A model generated the notes under the pieces. That model was given only the letters and a program-made list of their open reading frames with translations, had not been told where the DNA came from and did no database searches. From Candidatus Aminicenantales bacterium (lineage in GTDB: Bacteria > Acidobacteriota > Aminicenantia > Aminicenantales > UBA4085), in contig JBEKTZ010000004.1 in assembly GCA_049515535.1 (NCBI GenBank), positions 201,462-265,461 of the forward strand: a stretch of DNA of 64,000 nucleotides, given 5' to 3'. Both the position numbers and the translations under genes were made by a program. Within the stretch, counting starts at the first letter, position 1, and every line of letters begins with the position of its first letter. This document shows, piece by piece, positions 29,842-41,237 of the stretch.

Positions 29842-31674
29842 ATGAATATGAAAACAGCCAAAGCTCTCGCTTTAAGCCTGGCGGTTTTTTTGTCGGGATT
29901 GACGCTTTACGGTCAGACGGAGGAATCCGCCAAGATTCTCGCCCAGACCGGGCCGAGCGTGATGAGCCTGGTCGCCTACGGAAAAGACAAGCAGGAAATC
30001 GCCAGGGGTTCGGCTTTCGCCTTTGCCGAAGGCCTGGCTGCGACGAGCTATCATCTTATCAGCCAGGCGGCGAATTGCGTCGGGTTCAACATGAAAAAGA
30101 AAGAAGTGGACATCCTCGGCGTCGTGGCTGTGGATAAGAACCTCGATCTCGCTCTGGTCAAATACGACGGTAAGGTCACGCCTCTGAGTCTGGGAGCTCC
30201 CGATGAGATGGCCGCCGGATCCAAAATTTTTGCCATCGGCGCCAATGAGGCGGGAGAAATCATCGTCTCCGACGGCTCGATCAGAGGCTTTTTCGATCTC
30301 AGCGGAAGCCGGAAAGTCGCAGACGTATCGCTGGCCGTCCCCGGCACCTTTTCGGGATGTCTCGTGATCGGGGCCGGTGGAAAAGCGCTCGGCCAGGTTC
30401 AGCTTATGGATAGCCGTCTTAAATTCATGGTGCCCCTAGGCGCCATAGGCGCCCTTCCCAGGACAGGGAAAGTGACGCCGTTCAAGAGTTGGCCGCCCGA
30501 AAACTATATGGAGACATTGGAGGCTTCCTGGCTAACGGGGCAACTCTATACGTTCCTGGGAGAGCCGTATAGTGCCCAAAAGGGACTGGAAAAAGTCATC
30601 AAGTCTCAGCCGAACAACCTGGAAGTCTGGTCGCTTCTGGCGAAAGTTTATGATGGACAGAGGGATTATCAGAATGCCGTCACGGCCTTTAAAAAGATCA
30701 CGGAACTCGACCCCAAACGGGCCGACGCGTTTTACGGCCTGGGGCAGATTTATATCCGCCTGCAACAGCCTGCGGAAGCGCTCGCCGCGTTGAACCAGGC
30801 CATCGAAATCGATCCTTCGAACAAAGAAGCCTTTCTCTTTCTGGGCAACGCCTACGAAGATAGCCGCGAGTTTCAAAAGGCCGGCGACGCGTACGAAAAA
30901 TACCTGGCCATGAAGACCGAAAAACCCTGGACGGCCTATCAACGCTTGGGTATGTCGCGCTTGAACGCGAACCAATTCGACGCCGCCGCTTCGGCCTTGG
31001 CCGAAGCGCTCAAAGCGCAGCCGCAAGATCCCAACATCGGATTCAATCTCGCCCAGGCTTACCAAAAAGCCGGCAGGCTTCAAGAGGCGGAAGAGACCTA
31101 TAAAAAGCTGGCTGAAATCTCACCCAAGGACGCCGGCAATTGGTATAGCTACATTTTGAAGATGTACAGCGACGCGCAGAAATCGGATAAGGCCATCGAA
31201 GCCGCCAGGAAAATCGTCGAACTCAAGCCGAACGATGAGCTGTCGCTGATCAATCTCGGGAACATGTACCAACAGGTCCAAAAGTATGCGGAAGCCATCA
31301 CGGCGTACCAACAGGCCCTGAAGATCAAACCGGGGTACGATCTCGCCCATTTTCAGATCGGTGCCTGTCTCTATAATCTGAAGCGGTACACGGAAGCGAT
31401 CGAGTCCTTCAAAAAGACCGTCGCGATCGACCCCAATAATGGCGCGGGTTGGCAGTACCTGGCTATCAGCGAAATGCAGCTCAAGAGATTCGATGCCGCC
31501 CTTGATCCGATGAAAAAAGCGGCAGAACTGCAACCGACCAGCGGCAACATCTTGTACAACCTGGCCATCATCTACCTTAACCTTAAGGACAAGTATAGTG
31601 CCGCGGACATCCAGAAAAAGTTGCAGACGATCGACCCCAATCTTGCTGCGAAGCTCAAGGCGCTGATCAAATAA
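29842..31674 (+). CDS. Secreted trypsin-like serine peptidase domain fused to a long TPR-repeat domain
   Basis: Signal peptide. The N-terminal ~200 aa resemble an S1-type peptidase (His in SYHLI, Asp in DLALVKY, Ser in GTFSGC). The C-terminal ~400 aa are tandem TPRs (AFYGLGQIY, AFLFLGNAY and others). AGGAGG RBS 6 nt upstream. Confidence 0.6.
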   Translation: MNMKTAKALALSLAVFLSGLTLYGQTEESAKILAQTGPSVMSLVAYGKDKQEIARGSAFAFAEGLAATSYHLISQAANCVGFNMKKKEVDILGVVAVDKNLDLALVKYDGKVTPLSLGAPDEMAAGSKIFAIGANEAGEIIVSDGSIRGFFDLSGSRKVADVSLAVPGTFSGCLVIGAGGKALGQVQLMDSRLKFMVPLGAIGALPRTGKVTPFKSWPPENYMETLEASWLTGQLYTFLGEPYSAQKGLEKVIKSQPNNLEVWSLLAKVYDGQRDYQNAVTAFKKITELDPKRADAFYGLGQIYIRLQQPAEALAALNQAIEIDPSNKEAFLFLGNAYEDSREFQKAGDAYEKYLAMKTEKPWTAYQRLGMSRLNANQFDAAASALAEALKAQPQDPNIGFNLAQAYQKAGRLQEAEETYKKLAEISPKDAGNWYSYILKMYSDAQKSDKAIEAARKIVELKPNDELSLINLGNMYQQVQKYAEAITAYQQALKIKPGYDLAHFQIGACLYNLKRYTEAIESFKKTVAIDPNNGAGWQYLAISEMQLKRFDAALDPMKKAAELQPTSGNILYNLAIIYLNLKDKYSAADIQKKLQTIDPNLAAKLKALIK

Positions 31675-31732
31675 ACCGCTGGCGCGGGGCGACGGCAACA
31701 CGAGGAAAGACGGGCCGACGGGCTCATGGAAA

Positions 31733-31761
31733 TTGACAAGAGCGACGCGAGTGTGTTATAA
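31733..31761 (+). promoter_or_regulatory. Predicted strong sigma-70 promoter TTGACA-N17-TTATAA (TG-extended) upstream of tRNA-Leu/tig
   Basis: Consensus -35 and near-consensus extended -10, read directly. It lies ~130 nt upstream of the tRNA. Confidence 0.4.
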
Positions 31762-31889
31762 GAAAAGTCCTTCGTTCTAATCCAGAACTGATATCGCGTC
31801 GCCGGTTCCTTATTCCATAGAGAAAGGCCCTTTTCATAAAGGGAATCCAGATCGAGGAACAACCTGCTTCCTATCGATATGTTCTTGAT

Positions 31890-31973
31890 GGGCAGATGGC
31901 GGAATGGCAGACGCGCTAGGCTTAGGACCTAGTTCCTGATGAGGGAGTGCGGGTTCGACTCCCGCTCTGCCCA
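31890..31973 (+). tRNA. tRNA-Leu (anticodon TAG), class II with long variable arm; CCA not encoded
   Basis: Acceptor GGGCAGA/TCTGCCC, anticodon stem CTAGG/CCTAG with loop CTTAGGA, long variable arm, T arm GCGGG-TTCGACT-CCCGC, discriminator A. Confidence 0.8.
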
Positions 31974-31996
31974 TGTTTGAAAAAGGATAGATCCAG

Positions 31997-33280
31997 ATGA
32001 GTGACCCAAGCGAACGCCTCAAGAGCGAGATCAGAGACTTGAGCGGAACCCAGAAAGAAATCGTCGCTGAACTCCGGGCGGAAGACGTCGGCCGCGAATA
32101 TGAACGCGTTCTCGATCAATACGCGGGACGCGTCAAGCTGAAAGGCTTCCGCCAGGGCAAAGCGCCCAAAGCCCTCGTCAAGCAGATGTTTGCCCCCGAT
32201 ATCCAGAAATCCGTCCTGGATACGCTGATCCCCCAGGTCTTGGACGAGATTATCGCTTCGAACAACATCCGCGTCGTCGGCACTCCCGTCATCGACGACG
32301 TTTCCTGCGAAGAAGAACAACCCCTGAAATTCAAGGCCGTGATCGATGTCTGGCAGGAATTCGATCTGCCCTCCTACAAAAAGATCAAAGCGAAAAGGAA
32401 GGAAGCCGTCGTGACGGACGAGGACATCGAGCGGGCCATGGGCGAGCTCCGCGAAAAAGCCGCCGAGGTCGTCCCTGTCGAAGAGCGGGGAGTAGTCGCC
32501 GGTGATTATGCCGTCATTGAACTCCAAGGGAAGGACCAGAAAACTAAAAGGCTCATGCCTTCGGAAAAAGTCGCCGTCCTGGCCGGTCACGAGAGCAACG
32601 ACCCGGCCATCAACGAACATTTGATCGGACTGAAACCGGGAGAAGAGAAGAAATTCGTTTTTTCTTATCCCGCGGAGCATAAGAGCAAGAAACTGGCGGG
32701 AAAGGTGATCGAATACAGGCTCAAGCTGGATTCGATCAAAGAAAAACGGCTTCCCCCGCTGAACGACGATTTCGCCAAGACGATAGGCGAGTTCGACAAC
32801 CTGACCGCGCTCAAGGATAAGATCCGCCAGGAAATCCTGACCGCGCGCGAGCAGAGCGGTCGGCGCGAAACGGCCGAAGAGATCCTTCGGGTCGTTATGG
32901 ATCGCACGTCGGTCGTTCTGCCGACGAGCGTCGTCGAGGACGAAGCCGAAACGGTCTTGAAGAACATGTTGTCGTCCGCCGCTTTGCAGCAAAACCTGAC
33001 CAAGGAGACGCTGGAGGCGCTTCAGGCGAGCGCCAGAAAACAAGCCGAGACGAACCTCAAACGCCACCTCATCTTGCGAAAGATCGCCGAAATAGAGACA
33101 CTCAAAGTCGGCGAGGAGGATGTCGATCAGGAGATCAAAGCTCTAGCCAGAGCCAATAATATCCCCTTGGCCAGAGCGATCGAAACCTTCAACCAGGAGG
33201 ATCGTCGTGAAAGCCTCAAGACCAACCTTCTCTTGAGGAAAACGATTGACTTTCTGGTCGGACAGGCTATACTAGAATGA
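31997..33280 (+). CDS. tig: Trigger factor
   Basis: Ribosome-binding N domain with [16 protein letters not shown] (the GFRxGxxP signature), a central PPIase-like domain and a C-terminal arm. Position upstream of clpP-clpX. Confidence 0.88.
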   Translation: MSDPSERLKSEIRDLSGTQKEIVAELRAEDVGREYERVLDQYAGRVKLKGFRQGKAPKALVKQMFAPDIQKSVLDTLIPQVLDEIIASNNIRVVGTPVIDDVSCEEEQPLKFKAVIDVWQEFDLPSYKKIKAKRKEAVVTDEDIERAMGELREKAAEVVPVEERGVVAGDYAVIELQGKDQKTKRLMPSEKVAVLAGHESNDPAINEHLIGLKPGEEKKFVFSYPAEHKSKKLAGKVIEYRLKLDSIKEKRLPPLNDDFAKTIGEFDNLTALKDKIRQEILTAREQSGRRETAEEILRVVMDRTSVVLPTSVVEDEAETVLKNMLSSAALQQNLTKETLEALQASARKQAETNLKRHLILRKIAEIETLKVGEEDVDQEIKALARANNIPLARAIETFNQEDRRESLKTNLLLRKTIDFLVGQAILE

Positions 33281-33296
33281 GCCAAACATCATTCCC

Positions 33297-33893
33297 ATGA
33301 CTTTAATCCCCTTTGTCGTCGAACAAGACGGAAAAACCGAGCGCGCTTATGACATCTATTCGAGATTGCTCAAAGACAACATCATTTTTGTCGGGACCGA
33401 GATTACCGATGACGTGGCCAACCTCGTCACCGCGCAGCTCCTGTACCTGGAGGCCGAAAACCCGGAAAAGGAGATTTCTCTGTATATCAATTCCCCGGGA
33501 GGAAGCATCACTGCGGGGCTCGCGATTTACGACACGATGCAATTTATCGGCAATGACGTATCCACCATTTGTGTGGGTCAGGCCGCCAGCATGGCCGCCT
33601 TGCTGCTGGCTTCAGGCACCCCGGGAAAACGCATCTCCCTTCCGAATTCCCGGATCATTCTCCATCAGCCTTTCGGAGGATACCAGGGACAAGCTTCGGA
33701 TATCGCCATCCAGGCCAAGGAGATCCTCCGGATCAGAGAAAGTATTTATCATATCCTGGTCAAACATGCGGGCCAGCCGAAGGCCAAGATCCAAACGGAC
33801 ATCGAGCGGGATTTCATCATGACCGCGGCGCAAGCGAAGGACTACGGTTTGATCGATCGGATCATCACGACGAGGACCCGGGCCAAGAAGTAG
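33297..33893 (+). CDS. clpP: ATP-dependent Clp protease proteolytic subunit
   Basis: Catalytic Ser in GQAASMAA and His in ILHQP. The overall sequence is highly conserved ClpP. Confidence 0.95.
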   Translation: MTLIPFVVEQDGKTERAYDIYSRLLKDNIIFVGTEITDDVANLVTAQLLYLEAENPEKEISLYINSPGGSITAGLAIYDTMQFIGNDVSTICVGQAASMAALLLASGTPGKRISLPNSRIILHQPFGGYQGQASDIAIQAKEILRIRESIYHILVKHAGQPKAKIQTDIERDFIMTAAQAKDYGLIDRIITTRTRAKK

Positions 33894-33935
33894 GTCGCGG
33901 ACCGACGGCCCCGCACCTTCAGACCAGGCAGAAAA

Positions 33936-35204
33936 ATGAGCGACGATATGGATGACGACACGCAGGAGAAGATGAACACACCGGCTAAATGCAGTTTCTG
34001 CGGGCATAACCAGGCCCAGGCCTGGAAATTGATCGCCGGTCCGGGCGGCATTTTTATCTGCGACAAATGTATCGAAGTCGGCCATTCCATGGTGGCCGGA
34101 GACAAGACCAATGCGGATGAACCCTTGGCGGCCGCCGATTTTCCGACCCCCCATCAGATAAAGGAGGCCCTCGATGAGCATATCATCGGCCAGGAGAAGG
34201 CCAAAAAGAAAATCTCGGTAGCGGTTTACAACCATTATAAGCGGATCTCCCTGCCGCGGACGAAGGGGGAAGTGGAGATATCCAAAAGCAACATCCTTCT
34301 CATAGGACCGACCGGAACGGGCAAGACGCTGATGGCCCAGATCCTGGCCAAGATCCTGTCCGTGCCGTTTGCCATCGCCGATGCCACGACCTTGACCGAA
34401 GCCGGCTATGTCGGCGAGGACGTCGAAAACGTCGTTCTGAAGCTCTTCCAGGCGGCCAAAGGCCAGATCGCCAAAGCGCAAAAAGGCATCATCTATATCG
34501 ACGAGATCGACAAGATCAGCCGAAAAAGCGAGAGCCCCTCCATCACTCGAGACGTTTCGGGCGAGGGGGTGCAACAGGCCCTCCTCAAAATCATCGAAGG
34601 GACCGTGGCCGGTATCCCTCCCCAGGGCGGTCGGAAGCATCCCTATCAGGAATTCATCCCTATCGACACGACCGACATTCTCTTCATCTGCGGCGGAGCC
34701 TTTGTCGGGCTGGACAAGATCATCGCCCAGAGAATGGGGAAAGCCGTCATCGGATTCAATTCGGATACGAAACTGAAAAGGCCGGATATGAGCGCCGAGC
34801 TTCTCCAGGAGCTCATCCCGCAGGACTTGATCAAATATGGCCTGATTCCGGAACTCGTCGGCCGGATCCCGGTGGTTGCGCCGTTTTCGGAACTCGATGT
34901 CAACGACCTCGTGGACATCCTGACCGAACCCAAGAACGCCCTGATCAAGCAATATCAGAAGCTCTTTGAAATGGAAGGCGTGGAGCTCGAATTCACGGAC
35001 GACGCCCTCCAGACCATTGCCCGGAAATCGCTGGAGCGCCGGCTCGGCGCCCGGGGTCTCCGGACGATCATCGAAGACCTTATGCTCGATATCATGTTTT
35101 ATCTGCCCTCGTCCAAGAAAACGGCCAAGATCAAAATCACGAAGCGCATGGTGGAAGAGAACGAACTGAGCTTCGCCCGCGTCAAGCAGGCCATTGGAGA
35201 ATGA
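33936..35204 (+). CDS. clpX: ATP-dependent Clp protease ATP-binding subunit ClpX
   Basis: N-terminal C4 zinc finger (CSFCGH...CDKC). Walker A GPTGTGKT, Walker [11 protein letters not shown], the GYVG pore loop and sensor motifs. Confidence 0.95.
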   Translation: MSDDMDDDTQEKMNTPAKCSFCGHNQAQAWKLIAGPGGIFICDKCIEVGHSMVAGDKTNADEPLAAADFPTPHQIKEALDEHIIGQEKAKKKISVAVYNHYKRISLPRTKGEVEISKSNILLIGPTGTGKTLMAQILAKILSVPFAIADATTLTEAGYVGEDVENVVLKLFQAAKGQIAKAQKGIIYIDEIDKISRKSESPSITRDVSGEGVQQALLKIIEGTVAGIPPQGGRKHPYQEFIPIDTTDILFICGGAFVGLDKIIAQRMGKAVIGFNSDTKLKRPDMSAELLQELIPQDLIKYGLIPELVGRIPVVAPFSELDVNDLVDILTEPKNALIKQYQKLFEMEGVELEFTDDALQTIARKSLERRLGARGLRTIIEDLMLDIMFYLPSSKKTAKIKITKRMVEENELSFARVKQAIGE

Positions 35205-37663
35205 CCATGGAAAATTCCGGCGAAAATCAAGAAATCCTGAGGAACGTCCCCCTCATTCCTCTGCGGGAGCTGGTCATTTTTCCCTCGACCCTCGTTCCCT
35301 TCATCATCGGACGGCCGTCCTCGATCCAGGCCTTGGAGAAAGCCGTCGAAGGCGACAAGATGGTCCTCCTTGCGGCCCAAATCGACCCTTCGCTGGACAA
35401 CCCCGGGCCCCAGGACATCTACTCCATAGGCGTCACAGCCAAGGTTATCCGGACCGTTCCGATGGACGATCATAATGTCAGGGTCATCGTCGAAGGGAAG
35501 CGCCGGGCGCGCATCCTGGAATACGTCAGCTCGATTCCGTTCTATCATGTGCTGGCCAAAGAGATCAAGGCCGCTCCCGAACCGGGCAAAGAATCGCCCG
35601 ACGACATGAAGCGCGTCCTGGCCCTCTTTGAGGAATACCTCAAACTCAGCCAGAACACGAACTTTCAATCCATTATCCCGGCGCTCCGCGACCACACGGC
35701 CGACCGGATCGCGGACATCATCTCATCGCATCTTTTTCTTCCGCTCGAGGAGAAGCAAAACCTGCTGGAGACGATCAGCAGCCGCGAGCGGATACGACGC
35801 CTTCATTTCCTCATCGAGAACGAGATTTATAAGATGCAAAACAACCTGCGCAAGGACGGAAAAGTCCTGAACCGTCGCAAGATCCCGTTAGGACGGGAGG
35901 GCGGATCGAATTTTTTTTCACCAAGCGGAACGTCCGGGCAGAAAAAAGAAGAGCAGGCCAACGAGATCGAAGAGCTGAAGAAGAAGGTGGCTGCGGCCAT
36001 GATGCCGGCGGACGCCAACGAAAAAGCGCGGAAGGAAATCGAGAGGCTCGAAACCATGCCGCCGATGTCGGCCGAGGCCACGGTCTGCCGCAATTATCTG
36101 GATTGGCTCCTGGCCGTGCCCTGGAATAAAAAATCGCGCGAAAAACGCAGCCTCAAGGAGGCCGAGCGGATCCTGAACGAAGATCATTACGGCCTGGAAA
36201 AGGTCAAAGAGCGGATCCTCGAATTCTTGTCCATTCGTCAACTCGTTAAAAGCCCCAAAGGTGTCATCCTAGGACTGATCGGCCCGCCGGGGGTGGGAAA
36301 AAGCTCCCTCGGAAAATCGATCGCGCGGGCCACGGGGCGAAAATTCGTCCGCCTTTCCCTGGGGGGAGTCCGGGACGAGGCTGAGATCCGCGGTCACCGC
36401 CGGACCTATATCGGAGCTTACCCGGGCCGGATCATCCAAATGATCAAGCGGGCCGGCACCAAAAACCCGGTTTTTCTTTTGGACGAAGTGGACAAGATGA
36501 GCATGGACTTCCGGGGCGATCCGGCTTCGGCGCTCATGGAAGTGCTCGATCCTGAACAGAATTGCGCTTTTCTCGACCATTATCTCGACACGGATTTCGA
36601 CCTGTCCCAGGTCATGTTCATCGTGACGGCCAACATGCCCGATGCCATTCCGCCGCCGCTCCTCGACCGTATGGAAATCATCCGCCTCCCCGGCTATACC
36701 GAGGACGAGAAGCTCCAGATCGCCAAGCAGTTTCTGTGGTCGAAGCAACTAAAAGCCCATGGAATTTCGGATAAGAACCTGGAGATCTCGGACAAGGCGA
36801 TCATGAAATTGATCAACGAATACACGCGGGAGGCCGGCGTCCGCAGCCTGGAGCGCGAGATCACTTCGATCAATCGCAAGGTCGTCAAGAAAGTGGTCAC
36901 GAAAGGCAGGTCCCATAAGGAAAAAGTGACCGTCAAAAACCTGGAGTCCTATCTTGGCGTGCCTAAATTCAGGCGGTCTGAGATCGATAAGGAGGACGAG
37001 ATCGGCGTGGCCATCGGCATGGCCTGGACGGAATTCGGGGGGGAGCTTCTGACCTTCGAAGCCACAAAAATCCATGGCAAGGGGAGCTTCACGTTGACCG
37101 GCCAGCTCGGCGAGATCATGCAGGAATCGGCCCAAGCCGCATTCAGTTTTGTCCGGGCCAAGGTCTTCGAGCTTAACGTGGCCAGGGACGTCACCAAGAA
37201 TTTCGATATCCATATTCACGTCCCCGAGGGGGCGACACCCAAAGAAGGGCCATCGGCGGGGATCACCATCGCCATCGCCATCCTGTCGCTGCTCACGGAG
37301 ATTCCCGTGAGCAAAAAAGTGGCCATGAGCGGCGAGATCACGCTCCGCGGCAAGGTGCTGCCGGTCGGCGGCATCAAGGAAAAATTGCTGGGCGCGCATC
37401 GCGAAGGCATCAGGGAGGCCATCCTTCCTCTCGACAACAAACCCGATTTGAAGGACCTGCCTAAAAAGATCTCCCAGGACATGAAGATCCATTTGGTTGA
37501 AAATATGGAGGAGGTCTTGAAGATCGTTTTGACACGCGACCTCCCGCCCAAATACGGGCAGCATAAACGGAATAAAAGCACGAAGGGCGACAACCTCGCT
37601 GAAATTCCGGTCGGAGAAGGGGAGGGGACCGGGACGCCGAAGGAACCCCCCCTAACGCATTAA
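35201..37663 (+). CDS. lon: ATP-dependent Lon protease
   Basis: LON N-terminal domain. AAA+ module (GPPGVGKSS, Walker B LLDEVDK). Protease domain with catalytic [10 protein letters not shown] Ser and Lys. Confidence 0.95.
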   Translation: MTMENSGENQEILRNVPLIPLRELVIFPSTLVPFIIGRPSSIQALEKAVEGDKMVLLAAQIDPSLDNPGPQDIYSIGVTAKVIRTVPMDDHNVRVIVEGKRRARILEYVSSIPFYHVLAKEIKAAPEPGKESPDDMKRVLALFEEYLKLSQNTNFQSIIPALRDHTADRIADIISSHLFLPLEEKQNLLETISSRERIRRLHFLIENEIYKMQNNLRKDGKVLNRRKIPLGREGGSNFFSPSGTSGQKKEEQANEIEELKKKVAAAMMPADANEKARKEIERLETMPPMSAEATVCRNYLDWLLAVPWNKKSREKRSLKEAERILNEDHYGLEKVKERILEFLSIRQLVKSPKGVILGLIGPPGVGKSSLGKSIARATGRKFVRLSLGGVRDEAEIRGHRRTYIGAYPGRIIQMIKRAGTKNPVFLLDEVDKMSMDFRGDPASALMEVLDPEQNCAFLDHYLDTDFDLSQVMFIVTANMPDAIPPPLLDRMEIIRLPGYTEDEKLQIAKQFLWSKQLKAHGISDKNLEISDKAIMKLINEYTREAGVRSLEREITSINRKVVKKVVTKGRSHKEKVTVKNLESYLGVPKFRRSEIDKEDEIGVAIGMAWTEFGGELLTFEATKIHGKGSFTLTGQLGEIMQESAQAAFSFVRAKVFELNVARDVTKNFDIHIHVPEGATPKEGPSAGITIAIAILSLLTEIPVSKKVAMSGEITLRGKVLPVGGIKEKLLGAHREGIREAILPLDNKPDLKDLPKKISQDMKIHLVENMEEVLKIVLTRDLPPKYGQHKRNKSTKGDNLAEIPVGEGEGTGTPKEPPLTH

Positions 37664-37669
37664 TGAGAG

Positions 37670-39001
37670 GTGAACACCATGACGAAAGAATTGAAAGACG
37701 CCAAGGAACCGGCGAAAGAGTTGAAAGAATTCAGCCTGATCGAATTGGAAAGCAAAGAAACGAAGGAATTGATCAAGATCGCCAGTCAGATCGGGCTTCC
37801 CGACGAGGAGATCGAGAAGGACAACCGCCATAACCTCGTCTTCAAGATTCTTGAAGCCCAGGCCAAGAAGCAGGGACTGCTTTTTTCGGAAGGCGTACTC
37901 GAGTGTCTGGAGGACGGGTTCGGGTTTCTCCGGGCTCCCGAATTCAGCTATCTGCCAAGCCAGGACGACATTTATGTCTCGCCGTCGCAGATCCGAAAAT
38001 TCCAGCTAAGGACGGGCGACACGCTCTCCGGCATCGTCCGGCCCCCGAAAAACGGCGAAAAATATTTCGCCCTGATCAAGATCGAAGCGATCAATTTCAT
38101 GGAGCCTGACATTCTCATCGATTCCCGAAGAAACGTCCATTTCGAGCAGCTGACCCCGGTCTATCCTCATGAAATGATCAAGCTCCAGGACGGCAATCCC
38201 AAGAACCTGAACGCGCGCATCATGGAGCTCATGACGCCCATCGGAAAAGGTCAGAGAGGCCTGATCGTATCGCCCCCCCGGGCGGGGAAGACAACGCTGC
38301 TGAAGACCATCGCCAAGTCCATCGAGAAGAATCATCCGGAAATTTTTCTGATCGTCCTGCTCGTCGCCGAAAGGCCCGAGGAAGTGACCGATTTCCAGCG
38401 GAGCGTCAACGGCGAGGTCGTCGCCTCGACGTTCGATGAGCCGCCCGCCCGAAACGCTCAAGTGGCGAACATCACCCTCGAAAAGGCCAAACGCCTCGTC
38501 GAGATCAAGCGTGATGTGGTCATCCTTCTCGACAGCATCACCCGCTTGGCCAGGGCGCACAACGCCATCATTCCTCCGTCGGGCAAGGTCCTCTCCGGAG
38601 GCATAGACGCCAACGCCCTGAACAAACCCAAGAAATTCTTCGGCTCCGCGCGCAAGGTCGAAGAAGGGGGCAGCCTGACGATCATCGCCACGGCCTTGAT
38701 CGACACCGGCAGCCGGATGGACGAAGTCATTTTCGAGGAGTTCAAGGGCACGGGCAATATGGAAATCAACCTCGACCGCCGGCTGGTCGACAAACGGACA
38801 TTCCCGGCCATCGACATCAACCGGTCGGCAACGCGCAAGGAAGAGCTGTTAATCGAAGAAGCCGATCTCAACCGGATCTGGATCCTGCGCAAGGTGCTAA
38901 GCCAACTCTCGGAAGTCGAAGCCATGGAACTGCTGATCGACCGGCTGGGGAAGACAAAGACCAATCTGGACTTCCTGAACGCGATGAGCAAAGGGCTTTA
39001 A
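37670..39001 (+). CDS. rho: Transcription termination factor Rho
   Basis: N-terminal OB/CSD RNA-binding region ([17 protein letters not shown]). RecA-like ATPase with P-loop [11 protein letters not shown]- and R-loops. Confidence 0.93.
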   Translation: MNTMTKELKDAKEPAKELKEFSLIELESKETKELIKIASQIGLPDEEIEKDNRHNLVFKILEAQAKKQGLLFSEGVLECLEDGFGFLRAPEFSYLPSQDDIYVSPSQIRKFQLRTGDTLSGIVRPPKNGEKYFALIKIEAINFMEPDILIDSRRNVHFEQLTPVYPHEMIKLQDGNPKNLNARIMELMTPIGKGQRGLIVSPPRAGKTTLLKTIAKSIEKNHPEIFLIVLLVAERPEEVTDFQRSVNGEVVASTFDEPPARNAQVANITLEKAKRLVEIKRDVVILLDSITRLARAHNAIIPPSGKVLSGGIDANALNKPKKFFGSARKVEEGGSLTIIATALIDTGSRMDEVIFEEFKGTGNMEINLDRRLVDKRTFPAIDINRSATRKEELLIEEADLNRIWILRKVLSQLSEVEAMELLIDRLGKTKTNLDFLNAMSKGL

Positions 39002-39175
39002 AAAGACCGAGATCAGACCGCCGGCGTTCGGGTCGCCCAAAACGGGACTTATGGAAGCCGTTCCCGGCTTTCGTATCGCCGGCCCGCATTTCCTTATTTT
39101 CCATTCCGCCAAAATAAAGAGTATAATCCATCTTGATTTTTGTGATGATTGAAAATGAAGGAGGATCTTTTTCCC

Positions 39176-40006
39176 ATGAATAAAACGAGTTTGAAAGCCT
39201 CAGCTTTAATTATATTGTTGGCTCTTATGATCCCGGCGGCGTCACGGGCGCAAAATGCGGCGGTGGAAAGCCGATGGGCCAGCGGGAACATCAAGATCGA
39301 CGGCGTCGCCAAAGAATGGGACGGTATTCCGCTTTTGACCTGGGATAAGGCCGAAATCCAATACGCTTTCCAAAACGACGCGGACACGCTTTATATCCTG
39401 CTCATATTCAAGAATCCTAAGTACCGCAGCAGCGTCGAAGAGGAAGGGCTGGTCGTTTATTTCGACGAAGCGGGGAAAACAAGAAATGATTACGGCATCA
39501 GCTTCCGTAAACGCCGGATCACGGCGGGAGAGCTGCTCAATCTCCTGGCAAAAGAAGGCCCCGTTTCTGACGATCAAAGGACGCAGGTGCAGTCGAAGCC
39601 CTTCTATGATTATTATGACAGCGAAGTAAAAGTCGCAAAGCTGGAATCGTCCCAAACACCCGGTGCAGGCGATGGGCGACGGGCGATCTTCCGCTATGCC
39701 CCGCAACAAAAAACGATGGTGTATGAGTTCGCCATCCCGCTAAATCGAGTTTCTACGGCTGCGGCTGGAGTCGGAGGGCAGCCCGGGGCGACTATCGCTC
39801 TCGGCTTCGAATGGGGAGGGCCAACGGAGGAACAGAGAAAAGCAATGATCCGCTATCAAGGCGGGAAGGCGAGCATATCCAACGAAGAGATCGACGGTGG
39901 AAAAACCGACCTTGTTATGCAAAAGACAGGATCTTCGGACCGCATTCCAACGAAATACTTCTTTTGGAACGAAGTACGGTTGGCTACTAAATCTCCGAGC
40001 GATTAA
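39176..40006 (+). CDS. Hypothetical secreted protein
   Basis: Signal peptide (MNKTSLKASALIILLALMIPAASRA). No recognisable catalytic motif. AGGAGG RBS upstream. GC content lower than the surrounding core genes. Confidence 0.55.
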   Translation: MNKTSLKASALIILLALMIPAASRAQNAAVESRWASGNIKIDGVAKEWDGIPLLTWDKAEIQYAFQNDADTLYILLIFKNPKYRSSVEEEGLVVYFDEAGKTRNDYGISFRKRRITAGELLNLLAKEGPVSDDQRTQVQSKPFYDYYDSEVKVAKLESSQTPGAGDGRRAIFRYAPQQKTMVYEFAIPLNRVSTAAAGVGGQPGATIALGFEWGGPTEEQRKAMIRYQGGKASISNEEIDGGKTDLVMQKTGSSDRIPTKYFFWNEVRLATKSPSD

Positions 40007-40402
40007 CCGAAACAAGCACGCCGGAAAAGGCGACGAGGCGACAGTCAGCTATTACTTTTCGCTTTTTTGAAATAATATAAAACCGATAATCTTAAATTCT
40101 GGGAAAAAGACCTCATATTGATAAAAATATTATCCTAATCGTTAATCCGCGATTAATCGTAATATGAATTGAGCCCAATAGAAGGGGATGGTTTTCCACA
40201 TATGCACAATTTGTTGTCTGCGATTTTTTGCACAATAGGGGAATAGTTGTAACAGATTGAATATAAAAGAAATAAAAAGGATATATAAAATGAGTCGCAT
40301 AACGATTATTATGTAAACTAACTAATTCTTTGCCATAATCTCCTAAAAAAGAGACGCCTAAGGCTAAATAGAAAGGTTTTTTCCTTCCCCCAAAAAAAGC
40401 GC
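40007..40402. other. ~400-bp AT-rich non-coding block (roughly 30% GC against ~60% background) with short palindromes
   Basis: No ORF of 60 aa or more on either strand. Contains the palindrome CGATTAATCG at 40150-40159, flanked by TAATCG repeats, and a near-DnaA-box TTTTCCACA at 40192-40200. It is immediately downstream of parB. Confidence 0.6.
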
Positions 40403-41209
40403 TTATTGGTGCTGTTTGAGCTTAGAAATCAAATCTTCGAGGATACGGATGATTTCCTGCCTGTTGACCGATTCCTTTTTGAATTCAATGCGAAGGCTGA
40501 AAGATCGATCTTCCTTCGGACTATAATTAAAAACATAAGATTTCTGTTTCTTCTTGTCTGCGTCCTTACTTTTCAGGAGTTTGGTCAAGTCGCGGGTGTC
40601 CTCTCTTTTTAAACCTCGCTCTTTTATATTGTCGAGGAGCGATGTCATTTCGTTCTCATTCTTGAGTTTGGAAATCTCGATCAAAATGCTTCGATTTTTA
40701 TCTAATGAATGGGTTTGGCAAAGACGGCGTATCGAAGCGGGTATCTTGCTGATGTTGATGATTTCCGTAATGGTGGATCGCGCTTTGCCGATTTTCTCGG
40801 AAATTTGGCTATGGCTATAACCATAGGTATCCATTAAAGCCTTTAACCCGTCCGCTTCTTCGAAGATGTCAAGGTCTTTGCGCTGAAGATTCTCTATCAG
40901 CGAGATTTCCATGGCCTCGTTATCAGTCGCGTTCATTTCAATACAGGGTATGTCCTTGAGGGCCGCGTTTTTGGATGCCACATAGCGGCGTTCTCCGGCG
41001 ATGATCTCGTATTTATCGCCCTTGGGACGGACGATGATCGGCTCCAGAACCCCCTTGGCTTTGATCGACGTCACCAACTCTTCGATATTTCCTAGCTCGC
41101 TGCGCGCTTGGCGGGGGTTAGGCTCAATGCGATCCAACGCAATGAGGCGTAACAGCGGAGCGCTGGCTTTTTTGGAAATGAACTCGACGAAATGCGTGTC
41201 ATGCCGCAT
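40403..41209 (-). CDS. parB: ParB/Spo0J-family partition protein with divergent C-terminal region
   Basis: ParB N-terminal box (LEPIIVRPKGDKYEIIAGERRYVAS, GxRR motif) and an HTH (SHSQISEKIGKARSTITEII). The C-terminal ~110 aa are Lys/Glu-rich and not recognisably Spo0J-like. Start trimmed to MRHDTHF just after the parA stop. Confidence 0.75.
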   Translation of the reverse strand: MRHDTHFVEFISKKASAPLLRLIALDRIEPNPRQARSELGNIEELVTSIKAKGVLEPIIVRPKGDKYEIIAGERRYVASKNAALKDIPCIEMNATDNEAMEISLIENLQRKDLDIFEEADGLKALMDTYGYSHSQISEKIGKARSTITEIINISKIPASIRRLCQTHSLDKNRSILIEISKLKNENEMTSLLDNIKERGLKREDTRDLTKLLKSKDADKKKQKSYVFNYSPKEDRSFSLRIEFKKESVNRQEIIRILEDLISKLKQHQ

Positions 41210-41237
41210 TCCGATGGTGTCCGGAAGTCCTGATCGT

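Noticed and set aside
31834-32022. 62-aa minus-strand ORF overlapping tRNA-Leu
   Set aside because: It is antisense to a convincing tRNA cloverleaf. Short and without motifs.
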